DNA from: Candidatus Obscuribacteraceae bacterium
Lineage (GTDB): Bacteria > Cyanobacteriota > Vampirovibrionia > Obscuribacterales > Obscuribacteraceae
Assembly (NCBI GenBank): GCA_044226015.1
Contig: JBGAHS010000004.1
Location: forward strand, 512,001 to 576,000
Reading direction: 5' to 3'
Length of the DNA: 64,000 bases
A model generated the notes under the pieces. That model was not told the DNA's origin, did not search any database, and was given only the letters and a program-made list of their open reading frames with translations. Positions within the stretch are counted from its first letter, which is position 1; each line of letters opens with the position of its first letter. Positions 49,201-57,427 of this stretch are shown piece after piece. The position numbers and the translations under genes were made by a program.

Positions 49201-51380
49201 AGCTGTGTCTGGTCCTTCGGAGGTTGCTGTGTCTGGTCCTTCGGAGGCTCTTGTGTCTGGTCCTTCGGAGGCTGTTGTGTCTGGTCCTTAGGAGGTTGAG
49301 CTTGGTCTTGCTGCGGATTCGGTGTTGTTTCCTTAGGTGCAGCTACTTTGGAAAGATCAACTCCGAGACCTTTTGCTACATCAGCCAGAGCAGGTACCAG
49401 AGATGCATCAGCTTTGGCTAATTCAGCTACCATGCGGCGAGCTTCGGCCACGCTCTTATCGTTCTCTAGCTTCTTAGCGTCTGGGCTGCTCTTGTCTGCG
49501 ACAGCACCGTATGCTTTGACGTTCTGGTCTTCAAGCAATTTGTTCAGGTAGACACCACGAGCGGTGACAGAGCTCATCATGATGCGCGACAATTCTCTGT
49601 TCATCGCATCAGCATTTGCTACTGTTCTGACAGCATCGGTGAGACCTGCTTTCTTGTCTCGCTCAGTTTCTTTTGCAATCAGTTCAGCTTCTGTGCCGAG
49701 ATAGTTGTTGTACTTAGTTTTGATTTCTGCCCATTTTGCTGGATCTGCAGTAAGCAAATCTTTCGCTGCCTTGTTCTCTGGCTTGTTGAGCCATGGATCG
49801 AGGTCTTGTGGTTTCTTGACGCCTTCCCACATTTTCTGGAGGGCATCAACCTGGTTTGGCTGCAACTTGTCTTTGAGTGAAGCCAGGTCATTGAAGGCAG
49901 CGTCATTTTTCTTTGAAAGTGCAGCGTACTCATCAAGCCATCTCTTAGCTTCAGGATTCTTTGCGATTAGTTGATCGTTGGAATCCATAACTTTGGCTAG
50001 GGAGACGCGATCTAATTTGTCTGCGCTTTCAATAACTGTGTTGTACAAACCGCGACTATTGTCATCGAGCGGCTTGCCCTTCATCGCGTTATCGAGTTGC
50101 GCTTGCATCATAGCCGGGTCGCTGCCATCGAACATAGCGGGAACTGGTGTTCCATCTGGTCCGAGGCGACGGATGCCTTTGGCATCAGTCAAAGGTTCGC
50201 CATCCATTCCGAGAATGGCTCCATCTTTGTTTTGGACTGGCTTAAGGATGCCATCTGCACGAACATATTGTTCTTGTTTTGTGGTGCCGTCAGTTTGTTT
50301 GACGTCGCGGCTCATCGTGAACGGTTTAGACGCGCTACCATCTGGATTTTGTTGGGTCCAGGTTGGAAGATGTTTGCCACGGAAATCGAGGTAATACTGA
50401 TTGTTCTCAACGCCAACTTTAGCAGTTGATCCAGGAACGTCTACTCTGCCATCGCCCATAGGAGGCTGTTGTTGATCGCCCTTAGGAGGCTGTTGTTGAT
50501 CGCCCTTAGGTGGTTGTTGCTGGTCACCCTTAGGTGGTTGTTGTTGATCGCCCTGAGGCGGTTGTTGCTGGTCGCCCTTAGGAGGCTGTTGTTGATCGCC
50601 CTTCGGTGGCTGTTGTTGATCGCCTGGCTTGCCTCCGCCGATAACAGCGTTCATAGCTGCTTCGTAGTGTCTCTGGAAGTTCGCATCGCCGCTCATTGCA
50701 GGGTCAAACTCTGCTGCTTTGTTAACCAGCGCCATGCCTGCTTTCGCGAAGTTGGCTCTGTTTTCACCCTGGAGGTCAGCGCTATGGAACATCAGAGCCA
50801 ATGCGTTGTTAGCGCGGGCATAACCTGATGAACGAAGTAGGTCTTTAATTTGATTTGTAGATTCAAGAGTTTCACGAAGTTTTTTCTGTCCTTCGGGTGT
50901 CTTGTCTTGAGACATCTGCTGCATGCCTTGCTCCATCTGAGCAAGCTGCTGGCGCAATTGAATGTTCTCTTTCGACGGAATTGGATTTCCGGTCGAGTCT
51001 CTGCGAGGATTGCCTTGCTCATCGCAGACAAAAAGGAATTTGTCAGCTGCCAATCGAGCACTGTTGTAGTGTTGTTGTGCCGATTCTAACGCTTTCTGGT
51101 AGGCTTCACTGCCGCCATCATTGCTGCCTTTCGGTCCGCCGCCTTTTGCGACGATGTCCGTGACACCAATCATGCCTTCTTTTGCAGCCTTCAACTCCGT
51201 GAAAACGGTTTGATAGGTCTGCCCAGCGTCTTTTGGTTTGTCGCCCTGATCACCAACCCGGGTCACTTCTTTAGGCTGGTAGACCTCAGCACGTAGCTGC
51301 TGGCCAGCATCTTCTGGTTTGACCTGCTCCTTCTCTGCCTTCTCAGGCGGTGGGGGCACAAATCCTTTTCCTTCTACCAT
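46233..51380 (-). CDS. Very large (1715 aa) helical hypothetical protein with Pro/Gln repeats and hydrophobic C-terminal third
   Basis: Long ORF; two internal repeat tracts; several Gly-rich hydrophobic segments near the C-terminus. Confidence 0.88.
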   Translation of the reverse strand: MVEGKGFVPPPPEKAEKEQVKPEDAGQQLRAEVYQPKEVTRVGDQGDKPKDAGQTYQTVFTELKAAKEGMIGVTDIVAKGGGPKGSNDGGSEAYQKALESAQQHYNSARLAADKFLFVCDEQGNPRRDSTGNPIPSKENIQLRQQLAQMEQGMQQMSQDKTPEGQKKLRETLESTNQIKDLLRSSGYARANNALALMFHSADLQGENRANFAKAGMALVNKAAEFDPAMSGDANFQRHYEAAMNAVIGGGKPGDQQQPPKGDQQQPPKGDQQQPPQGDQQQPPKGDQQQPPKGDQQQPPKGDQQQPPMGDGRVDVPGSTAKVGVENNQYYLDFRGKHLPTWTQQNPDGSASKPFTMSRDVKQTDGTTKQEQYVRADGILKPVQNKDGAILGMDGEPLTDAKGIRRLGPDGTPVPAMFDGSDPAMMQAQLDNAMKGKPLDDNSRGLYNTVIESADKLDRVSLAKVMDSNDQLIAKNPEAKRWLDEYAALSKKNDAAFNDLASLKDKLQPNQVDALQKMWEGVKKPQDLDPWLNKPENKAAKDLLTADPAKWAEIKTKYNNYLGTEAELIAKETERDKKAGLTDAVRTVANADAMNRELSRIMMSSVTARGVYLNKLLEDQNVKAYGAVADKSSPDAKKLENDKSVAEARRMVAELAKADASLVPALADVAKGLGVDLSKVAAPKETTPNPQQDQAQPPKDQTQQPPKDQTQEPPKDQTQQPPKDQTQLPKDQTQPAKDPAAKPADGELTAEQAQSPSVLNDAYMSYLKATEQASKPMKTEDFDKLLPVWEKALEANASIKKELIAASEQQAQDTLANQMALIVALQKTGKTKLEDLKPEDLQKVTREDLQAAMSSAVQNWAKVNSDLNAAVNGLNPDNAKKYMDAEKKFAASMEQAQKDAGSDQTKLQAAYTAALNAKIAEQKAIDPKLASAIDARMNLIGKPEGMFAKTYADTMQGIDNFKHVDEARLQLAQALALQGGDANKAKAAALVTKAMENPDAAALLQATSDGQKLLSDLKLKTPQMSKLQDEQDKLFPELKLTKQAMDLMADKTKDPKEQWKQADALFKQAEASIEAEIMQRGQGKTVAESLQRVNENVESMKSQLMMSLDNFKNDRTKLPGPDGPEKDKDAKIVKDLMSRTDKDHPNGMTPNEMLDALLGQTGKPASPETQQLQLAMQRVLTDADRGTLNALAILQQKSEGVAWIRMQHALKASEYGFAVGDETAKKQGKELVESIATVDPRTFSQSPEVLGALKQAEQGKQIETANGKAAAVAFSESAKDTISKTQTGLVDAFIPGASMTGNLLAVKTTGHYISEVPLVGGLFGGSKEASDKLIQQLAWAQLSNPAEAKAQRDQTVNDGNNQIRGLLGDVAGVGSSFLTGYGVNMGLNGLTNYLEKAPMPLWAKVPIVAGSALVVGGATNNAVSGHDLLASRGYIRNTVATGTTYAAIKGIEYLPMNRPLSAETLSKFGTGVPEGLTGAQLGKELTALSAETAKKGWLVSLAEAAPSRLNPLTYTPFRYAPATGQGWKLWQGFQYAGFGGERTAQLLGSGAMNLVEYNSRQFAAKTMGLFAAGYGYGALNKGAAIYTGEHLDGKKYSTINDYLTDMNKAGIQTGLVSSIVIPIGAKMMVPQSWQNGVSKGVNNMFSRLPGVDAAYATTSMGSAALMFARPTMDASSRFGEASIYDTMYQAASKRVAEVNGKAAQVAEDMKKQQQQQ
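49182..49307 (-). repeat. Coding tandem repeat PPKDQTQ(Q/E), about five copies
   Basis: Repeated tgtgtctggtcctt on + strand at 21-24 nt period. Confidence 0.9.
50457..50624 (-). repeat. Coding tandem repeat GDQQQPP(K/Q/M), seven 24-nt copies
   Basis: Visible in DNA and protein; units differ mostly at synonymous positions. Confidence 0.95.
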
Positions 51381-51864
51381 GTCTTATTACCCTTACGTAA
51401 ATTTAGGCCTTGCGGGAACTTCAGCTTAGCTTTTAATTATTTGCTTGTATGTGTGGAAAATACGTACGATCCACTGGCTCAGATGCAAATTTTATCTAGC
51501 AAGCAACCACAATTGGTGTTCCGTACGAATCTATACGGTGACAGTTGCAATTAGACACGCGCGTATTCCCTGAATGGGAATTACACGAGTGGTTTTGTGG
51601 TTTGATTTTTGTCCCCCAAGAACTGACGCCAACACAGAAAAAATTACCTGCATTTAGCTAAGACCCCGGGGAGGGTCTCAGAACTTAAATTGCCGGTCTG
51701 CTATTTGTACATTTATCACTTGCCCGATTTCGCCGATAATTAATCGTTTCCGGGTGCTGAATTAAAAGTTGGGCTGTGTTTTTTTGCTCTAACTCCAAGT
51801 TTTGCTCAATTATTAAATTTGCTTCCTTATATAAGGTATGGTCGGGAAAGCAAACGATGTCATC

Positions 51865-54258
51865 TCAGGCAAAATTGACCACAGTGACTCCATCGCCACC
51901 TTCATATGTCTCGCCAGGGCGCGATTTATTCTTATAGTTGCAATCTTTGAGAAAGTCTCGGACTGCTTGTTTCATTGCTCCAGTGCCATGCCCATGAATA
52001 ATCATCAGAGGAGAAAGATGTGCCAGGTAGGCTTCATCTACAAAACGTTCAAGAAGTGCCAGTCCCTGGTCGACTCTCTGCCCTCGCAGGTCGAGGGTGT
52101 TGCTATCGCTTCTGACAAAAACTGGATCTTCAGCTAGAGCTACGCGCTTTTTGTTTGGAACGGACTTTTGCAGTTGCACCTGTTTCTGAATCTTTGGAGC
52201 AGCAACAAAGTCGACATCGTTCATAGCGACTTTGACTTTAATGCGACCAACAAGGACCTGAACCTTGTCTCCCTGATGTTCGGGTAATGCGTCGAGCGTT
52301 CCAATTTGATTAAGCGAGCGAACGCGCACTGTGCTACCAACCTGAATTGTCGATTGCGCTTGCGCATATTCATTTTCGTCGAGCCAATTTAATTCTTTGC
52401 GAATGGAATCGAGTTCTTGCTTCGCTTGCTGCGCTCTTGCAAGCGAAGGTGATTTCTGCAAATTTGCGGTTAGCTCGTTTATCAATGTCTTTGCGGCTTT
52501 GTAGTCGTCTTGAAATTGATTGCTTGCCTGATAGCGTGAGCGCTTGTACTCCTCTTCCAGCGTCTTTGCTTTCTGTTCGAGAGCGGTCTCTTTTTGAAGA
52601 ATCTCTAGTCTCAGTTTTTGTAACTCATCTTCCTGTCTACTTATGGCTTGCAAGCGAGCTTCCAGCTCATCTACTTTATGTTCGAAATCTTCTTTGCTCG
52701 AGTCGAGAAGTTCTTTCGCTTCCTCCACCAAAGCCTCGTCGAGTCCGAGTCGCGCTGCAACCGCGATGGCTCGCGAGGCGCCCGCAACTCCGAGACGCAG
52801 TTTGTAAGAAGGAGCAAGTGATTTGTCATTGAACTCCATGCTTGCGTTTGAGTATGCCTGGTCTTCATGTGCGAGTGATTTCAAGTCGCCATAGTGAGTG
52901 CTACACAGAGTGAGCGCTCCCTGTCGTTTGAGTTGACCCAGAATTACGCGTGCGAGAATCGTGCCTTCTCGTGGGTCAGTTCCTGCACCAATTTCATCTA
53001 GCAAAACCAGAGTGCTGGAACTGGCTTGCCGTGTAATTTCGATGATATTGCTCATATGTGATGAGAACGTCGACAGGTTTTGTTCGAGCGATTGCTCATC
53101 CCCAATATCAGCAAAGACACCGCTGAAAATGGGCATTTGAGAGCCAAGTGAGCAAGGCAGCAAAAGCCCCGCGCGCAGCATCAATGCGAGCAGCCCAGCG
53201 GTTTTTAGATAAACTGTTTTACCGCCTGTGTTTGGACCGGTGATGATTAACGCTTTTAACTCGCCATCGAGAATGATATCGTTTGGTATCACTTTTTCCA
53301 TACTTGAATATTGCAAAACCAACAGCGGGTGCCGGGCTTGCTTCAATCGAAGTTCGCCGTTTTGCGATATTCGCGGCAACGTGCCCTCATACTTTCGGGC
53401 AAGGTTTGCCTTCGCGGAAATGAAATCGGAGTCTATCAACGCTTCAAACGATGACTGTATTGGTTCAAGTAATTTCGCTGCCTGGGCGCTGAGGTCCCAC
53501 AAGAGGCGATCAATCTCGTGTTCAATTTCCGCTTCATTGATTCGTATTTTGTTTGTCAGCTCGACGACAGAAAGAGGCTCAACGTAAATAGTGAGCCCTG
53601 TCGATGAGCTGTCGTGCACGATGCCATCAATTGCCTGGCGCATGTTTGCCAAAACTGGCAGCACATGTCTGCCGTTTCTCAACGTGTAAATTGGCTCTTG
53701 GAGGCACTTTGATTGTGTCGGCGAATTGATGATTTTTTGCAATTCGTCTTTGATTCTCGAACTCAAGCGCTGCACCTCTTTACGCAATTTGCGCAAGAGA
53801 GGGCTAGCATCGTCCCTGATACCGCCTGATTCATCCACTACAGCGTCAATTGCATTTTCGAGATCTTGAAAGACAAAGAGCCGTGAGGCAAGCAATTCAC
53901 GCAAGGTTGGATAGTCCTCGTCATCGAGATTGTTTACCACTATCTTCAACTTATGGCTCAGCTTCAATACCTGCTTCATTTCCATCAGCTCGTGCGCTCC
54001 AAGCGACGCACCCGTGCTAAGTCTGCGCAGCGATTCTCGAATATCGTGCAATCCTTCCTGGGAAAGAGAGATGCCATTAAAAAATGCACGCAGCCCTTCT
54101 TCGCTTTCGCGCAGAAGCCTTTCGATTTCTGCAGGATGGTCGAAGAGTTCCAACTGCAGCGCCACCTCGCGACTGCATGAGGAGGCGCACTCAGCCGCAA
54201 GGAATTGCTTGAGTCGCTCCCATTCTAATGATTTAAGTGTTCTAGCATTAACATCCAT
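51865..54258 (-). CDS. mutS2: MutS2 with C-terminal Smr domain
   Basis: ITGPNTGGKT, DIGDEQS, STFSSHM, LDEIGAGTDP, STHY, LDLRG, IIHGHGTG, GGDGVT. Confidence 0.97.
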   Translation of the reverse strand: MDVNARTLKSLEWERLKQFLAAECASSCSREVALQLELFDHPAEIERLLRESEEGLRAFFNGISLSQEGLHDIRESLRRLSTGASLGAHELMEMKQVLKLSHKLKIVVNNLDDEDYPTLRELLASRLFVFQDLENAIDAVVDESGGIRDDASPLLRKLRKEVQRLSSRIKDELQKIINSPTQSKCLQEPIYTLRNGRHVLPVLANMRQAIDGIVHDSSSTGLTIYVEPLSVVELTNKIRINEAEIEHEIDRLLWDLSAQAAKLLEPIQSSFEALIDSDFISAKANLARKYEGTLPRISQNGELRLKQARHPLLVLQYSSMEKVIPNDIILDGELKALIITGPNTGGKTVYLKTAGLLALMLRAGLLLPCSLGSQMPIFSGVFADIGDEQSLEQNLSTFSSHMSNIIEITRQASSSTLVLLDEIGAGTDPREGTILARVILGQLKRQGALTLCSTHYGDLKSLAHEDQAYSNASMEFNDKSLAPSYKLRLGVAGASRAIAVAARLGLDEALVEEAKELLDSSKEDFEHKVDELEARLQAISRQEDELQKLRLEILQKETALEQKAKTLEEEYKRSRYQASNQFQDDYKAAKTLINELTANLQKSPSLARAQQAKQELDSIRKELNWLDENEYAQAQSTIQVGSTVRVRSLNQIGTLDALPEHQGDKVQVLVGRIKVKVAMNDVDFVAAPKIQKQVQLQKSVPNKKRVALAEDPVFVRSDSNTLDLRGQRVDQGLALLERFVDEAYLAHLSPLMIIHGHGTGAMKQAVRDFLKDCNYKNKSRPGETYEGGDGVTVVNFA

Positions 54259-54426
54259 AAGTCTAAAATCCTATCGCATACAGCGGCAAGCTGTATCTAT
54301 GCTCGTAGTGAGAGTAACTAAATTGAAATTGACTATCATCGTTTCCTTTTTCGAGGTGTTAGGCTGAGTGCTATCTAAAGCGCGGCGATACTATAATTAC
54401 GGCGTGTCACATAGCGTGGGTAGCAC

Positions 54427-55029
54427 ATGGGCGTCAATATTTTTGCTTATGCTCCATCCTTAAACAATGCGGTGATTTCAAAGGTGCTGCAACGATTTGC
54501 AGACTTTGGCTTGGCTGTCGAACTTCATCCAGATATTGTGATTTCGGATGGACTTCAAACTGAGTACTGGGAACTCTGCTTCAAATTGCGGTTCTGCAAA
54601 GAAGGTCCGAAAGAAATAATCGGCAAAGATTTACTTACCTTTTTTGAGTTCTGTACTCATGATTTTGATTACGACGCAGCTCTGAGCGATCGAAACGATT
54701 GTTTGAGAGCGGCGAATCAGCCGAATCTTCTTCAGAAGCTTGCCGGAAAAACCTATGAGCCGATAACGGTTTTCGCTGATGGGCAAAATATCGATGCCAG
54801 GCTCAAACAATCTAAGCGTGCAGTTGAGATCGAGCTGCGAAGGCAAACTGAAGAGCTGCTTGGAGTTAGTTTTGCTTCCGTCGTGGCTGACCTCACTGAC
54901 GGTGTTTATCACAATGCGGATTCAGGAGAGTATTTGTTGGGAAAGGATGCTGTCGCTCGAATCCCCGAGCTAATAAGGAATACTCCTTCGGGACTTGATT
55001 GGGTCCTTTTCGAGGGGTGGCCGGACTAA
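54427..55029 (+). CDS. Hypothetical protein
   Basis: 200-aa ORF; TATAAT upstream at 54392-97. Confidence 0.7.
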   Translation: MGVNIFAYAPSLNNAVISKVLQRFADFGLAVELHPDIVISDGLQTEYWELCFKLRFCKEGPKEIIGKDLLTFFEFCTHDFDYDAALSDRNDCLRAANQPNLLQKLAGKTYEPITVFADGQNIDARLKQSKRAVEIELRRQTEELLGVSFASVVADLTDGVYHNADSGEYLLGKDAVARIPELIRNTPSGLDWVLFEGWPD

Positions 55030-55339
55030 CCGTCATCTCATATCGTCGAATGATCTGTCATATCGGACAGCTTCGAGAGCCAGGCTGGCGAAATATGGAC
55101 GATGAATCTTCAGGTCAAAGCATTTAATGACCGTTCCAGATCCATGATGGGATCCGTCGCTTGATTCGGCGGTTCAGAAGCCGACAGGATGCAGGCGCTC
55201 CCAATCGAGCTTCCCTTTTAAATCCCAGCCTGAGCCATACGAGCCCTTTGAGCTTCCTACAAGATCCCAGCCCGAGCCTTTCGACCCAGCGGAGTTCGTT
55301 GAGCGAGCGCTCTACTTCAAATTAAGTTAAAAGCTTTGA

Positions 55340-55675
55340 CTAGCCAGCTGTACTGGAGTCTACTACCGTAGCTGCGACCGGAGCCTCGGTCGCTGCTGCC
55401 GCTGGAACTACTTTGGGTGCCACAACTGGTGTCGGTGTCGGTAGGCTGTCCATTCCCATAGAATCCATCAATTTTTTCAAACGCACTTTTTGAAGTTCAT
55501 AAATGCGGTTGTTGCGCTTGTGGACGATGCCAATGCGCTCTAGTTGCTTAACAGCGTCTAGATGCTCAGCAGGAACAGTGCTAACCTCAACGCTACCCCT
55601 TTCGATGAGCCATCCTATGGTCTGCGAAAGTGAGCCAAGTAATTTGCGTAGTGGTTGTTCGTAATAAGCTGTCAT
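55340..55675 (-). CDS. Small hypothetical protein, possible winged-helix, with Pro/Ala-rich tail
   Basis: SD ggagga; AVKQLERIGIVHKRNNRIYEL resembles a wHTH wing. Confidence 0.7.
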   Translation of the reverse strand: MTAYYEQPLRKLLGSLSQTIGWLIERGSVEVSTVPAEHLDAVKQLERIGIVHKRNNRIYELQKVRLKKLMDSMGMDSLPTPTPVVAPKVVPAAAATEAPVAATVVDSSTAG

Positions 55676-55807
55676 ATGTGCACGTCCTCCCGGCTAGTAA
55701 ATTTTAACACCTTAAGGCCTCGTATTGCCTGCGAGCGAGGACGCCAAGACCCCGCGATGCCTATTTACGTTAGAAACATTAGTCACGTTAAATAATGTGG
55801 AGACAAA

Positions 55808-56317
55808 ATGATCAGAGCCTTTGAAGGAAATAGCCCCAATATTGCAAAGAGCGCCTATGTGGCTCCCAACGTTACGTTGATAGGAGATGTAAATATTGGA
55901 GATGACGCCAGTATTTGGTTTCAAAGCGTATTGCGAGCTGATATCAATTCGATAAGTATCGGGGCGAAGACGAATATCCAGGATGGCTGCATGCTGCACA
56001 TCACCAAAAAGCACCCTCTTGTTGTCGGCGAGAGGGTAACTGTCGGTCATGGTGCGATTTTACATGGCTGCACTATAGCAAGTGACTGCCTGATAGCCAT
56101 GGGCGCCATCATTCTTGATGGTGCCGTTGTCGAGGAACGCTGCATCATTGGTGCTGGAACTGTGGTTCCCCCTGGTATGACGATCAAGTCTGGAAGTCTT
56201 GCACTAGGGTCGCCGGCAAAAGTGATACGCGAACTCACGCGAGATGATCTTGAACGAATCGACCAGGGATGGCGTAACTACATTGATTACGCCAATAGAT
56301 TTGCGCTATTGGAGTAA
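55808..56317 (+). CDS. Gamma-carbonic-anhydrase family protein (YrdA/PaaY-like)
   Basis: Hexapeptide repeats; LRADIN, NIQDG, LH, TVGHGAILHGC metal ligands. Confidence 0.95.
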   Translation: MIRAFEGNSPNIAKSAYVAPNVTLIGDVNIGDDASIWFQSVLRADINSISIGAKTNIQDGCMLHITKKHPLVVGERVTVGHGAILHGCTIASDCLIAMGAIILDGAVVEERCIIGAGTVVPPGMTIKSGSLALGSPAKVIRELTRDDLERIDQGWRNYIDYANRFALLE

Positions 56318-56404
56318 GTTCAGAATTAAGCTTCGTTTCGTGGTTTTACCGGGTAAATTTTCGCCATTTGGGGCTATATTCGAAATAGCGCGACAGGACC
56401 TATC

Positions 56405-57373
56405 ATGGCAGATCTGGCTCGAGATAAAGTTGAACCCCAGGAAACAGTTGAGCGCACAGGTGCTCAAACTGATTGGAATAGCTCAGCAGCTGATACGGCT
56501 TGGCTGCGGTCTGCTTTGTCTCCGGCTCCGATTGTGGACTCAAAGCAAGCAGAGAACATTGATGTTCACACGAGAGCTACCAGAGCTTCGGATGCTTCGA
56601 TAGCTCTGCCCACCTTACACCTCAACGATGATAAGGTGAATGTAAGTGACAACTACAGTGTCAACTCTGACGTGGCGAAGACTTATTTGAACAACAGAAT
56701 GGCAGTAGTACGAATACTCACTGTTGACCCTAAGGTTGACGCCACATTCAGCTCGTCATCAGGGTCAGGCTCGATTATTCTTGCAAGCGGTTTGGTCGCA
56801 ACTGGCTACCATGTTGTGAAAAATGCTGCGGCATTGCACGTAAAAACTGATGATGGAAAGATTTACGAAGCGACGCTCGTTGATGCGGATGCGTCGAAAG
56901 ACCAGGCTGTACTTCAAATCAAGCCGGATAGTCCGTTTACTACTTTTCGTCCTGTGACTCTTGCCTCGGACAGCAAAGAAGCTGAGCAGCATCAGATGTT
57001 GGCGCTGGGATATCCGCGTCAGGTTCAGGATATGCATGTCTCAAATTTGAGTTTTAACGAGCGAACCTCCTTAGACCGGCTGAAAGTCACCGGTGGACTT
57101 CTTCCAGGAGAAGACCCTCGGCGAGGACTTATCAAAGCTGTCGGTCCCGTGTTCAAAGGTAATTCTGGCGGACCTGTTTTTGACAGTGTTACAGGAAAAC
57201 AGGTTGGCATAGTAAATATGAGTGCTACAAACGAGACATACATTACACCTATCGAAGACTTTCAAAAATTCTTGAGCCAGGTGCAATCCAAATACAAGTC
57301 GCCGGAGCAGAGTGGGCGAAAATCCTATACACCAACTACTTTCACCCTGCCCACTTGGGAGCTCAAAAAGTAG
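56405..57373 (+). CDS. Trypsin-like (S1) serine protease without PDZ domain or signal peptide
   Basis: GSGSII, ATGYHVV (His), DQAVL (Asp), GNSGGP (Ser). Confidence 0.88.
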   Translation: MADLARDKVEPQETVERTGAQTDWNSSAADTAWLRSALSPAPIVDSKQAENIDVHTRATRASDASIALPTLHLNDDKVNVSDNYSVNSDVAKTYLNNRMAVVRILTVDPKVDATFSSSSGSGSIILASGLVATGYHVVKNAAALHVKTDDGKIYEATLVDADASKDQAVLQIKPDSPFTTFRPVTLASDSKEAEQHQMLALGYPRQVQDMHVSNLSFNERTSLDRLKVTGGLLPGEDPRRGLIKAVGPVFKGNSGGPVFDSVTGKQVGIVNMSATNETYITPIEDFQKFLSQVQSKYKSPEQSGRKSYTPTTFTLPTWELKK

Positions 57374-57427
57374 ACCTTGCCTTAGTCCAACATGATAAAG
57401 TAAGACCAGTGACCTTTTTTGCTGGCC

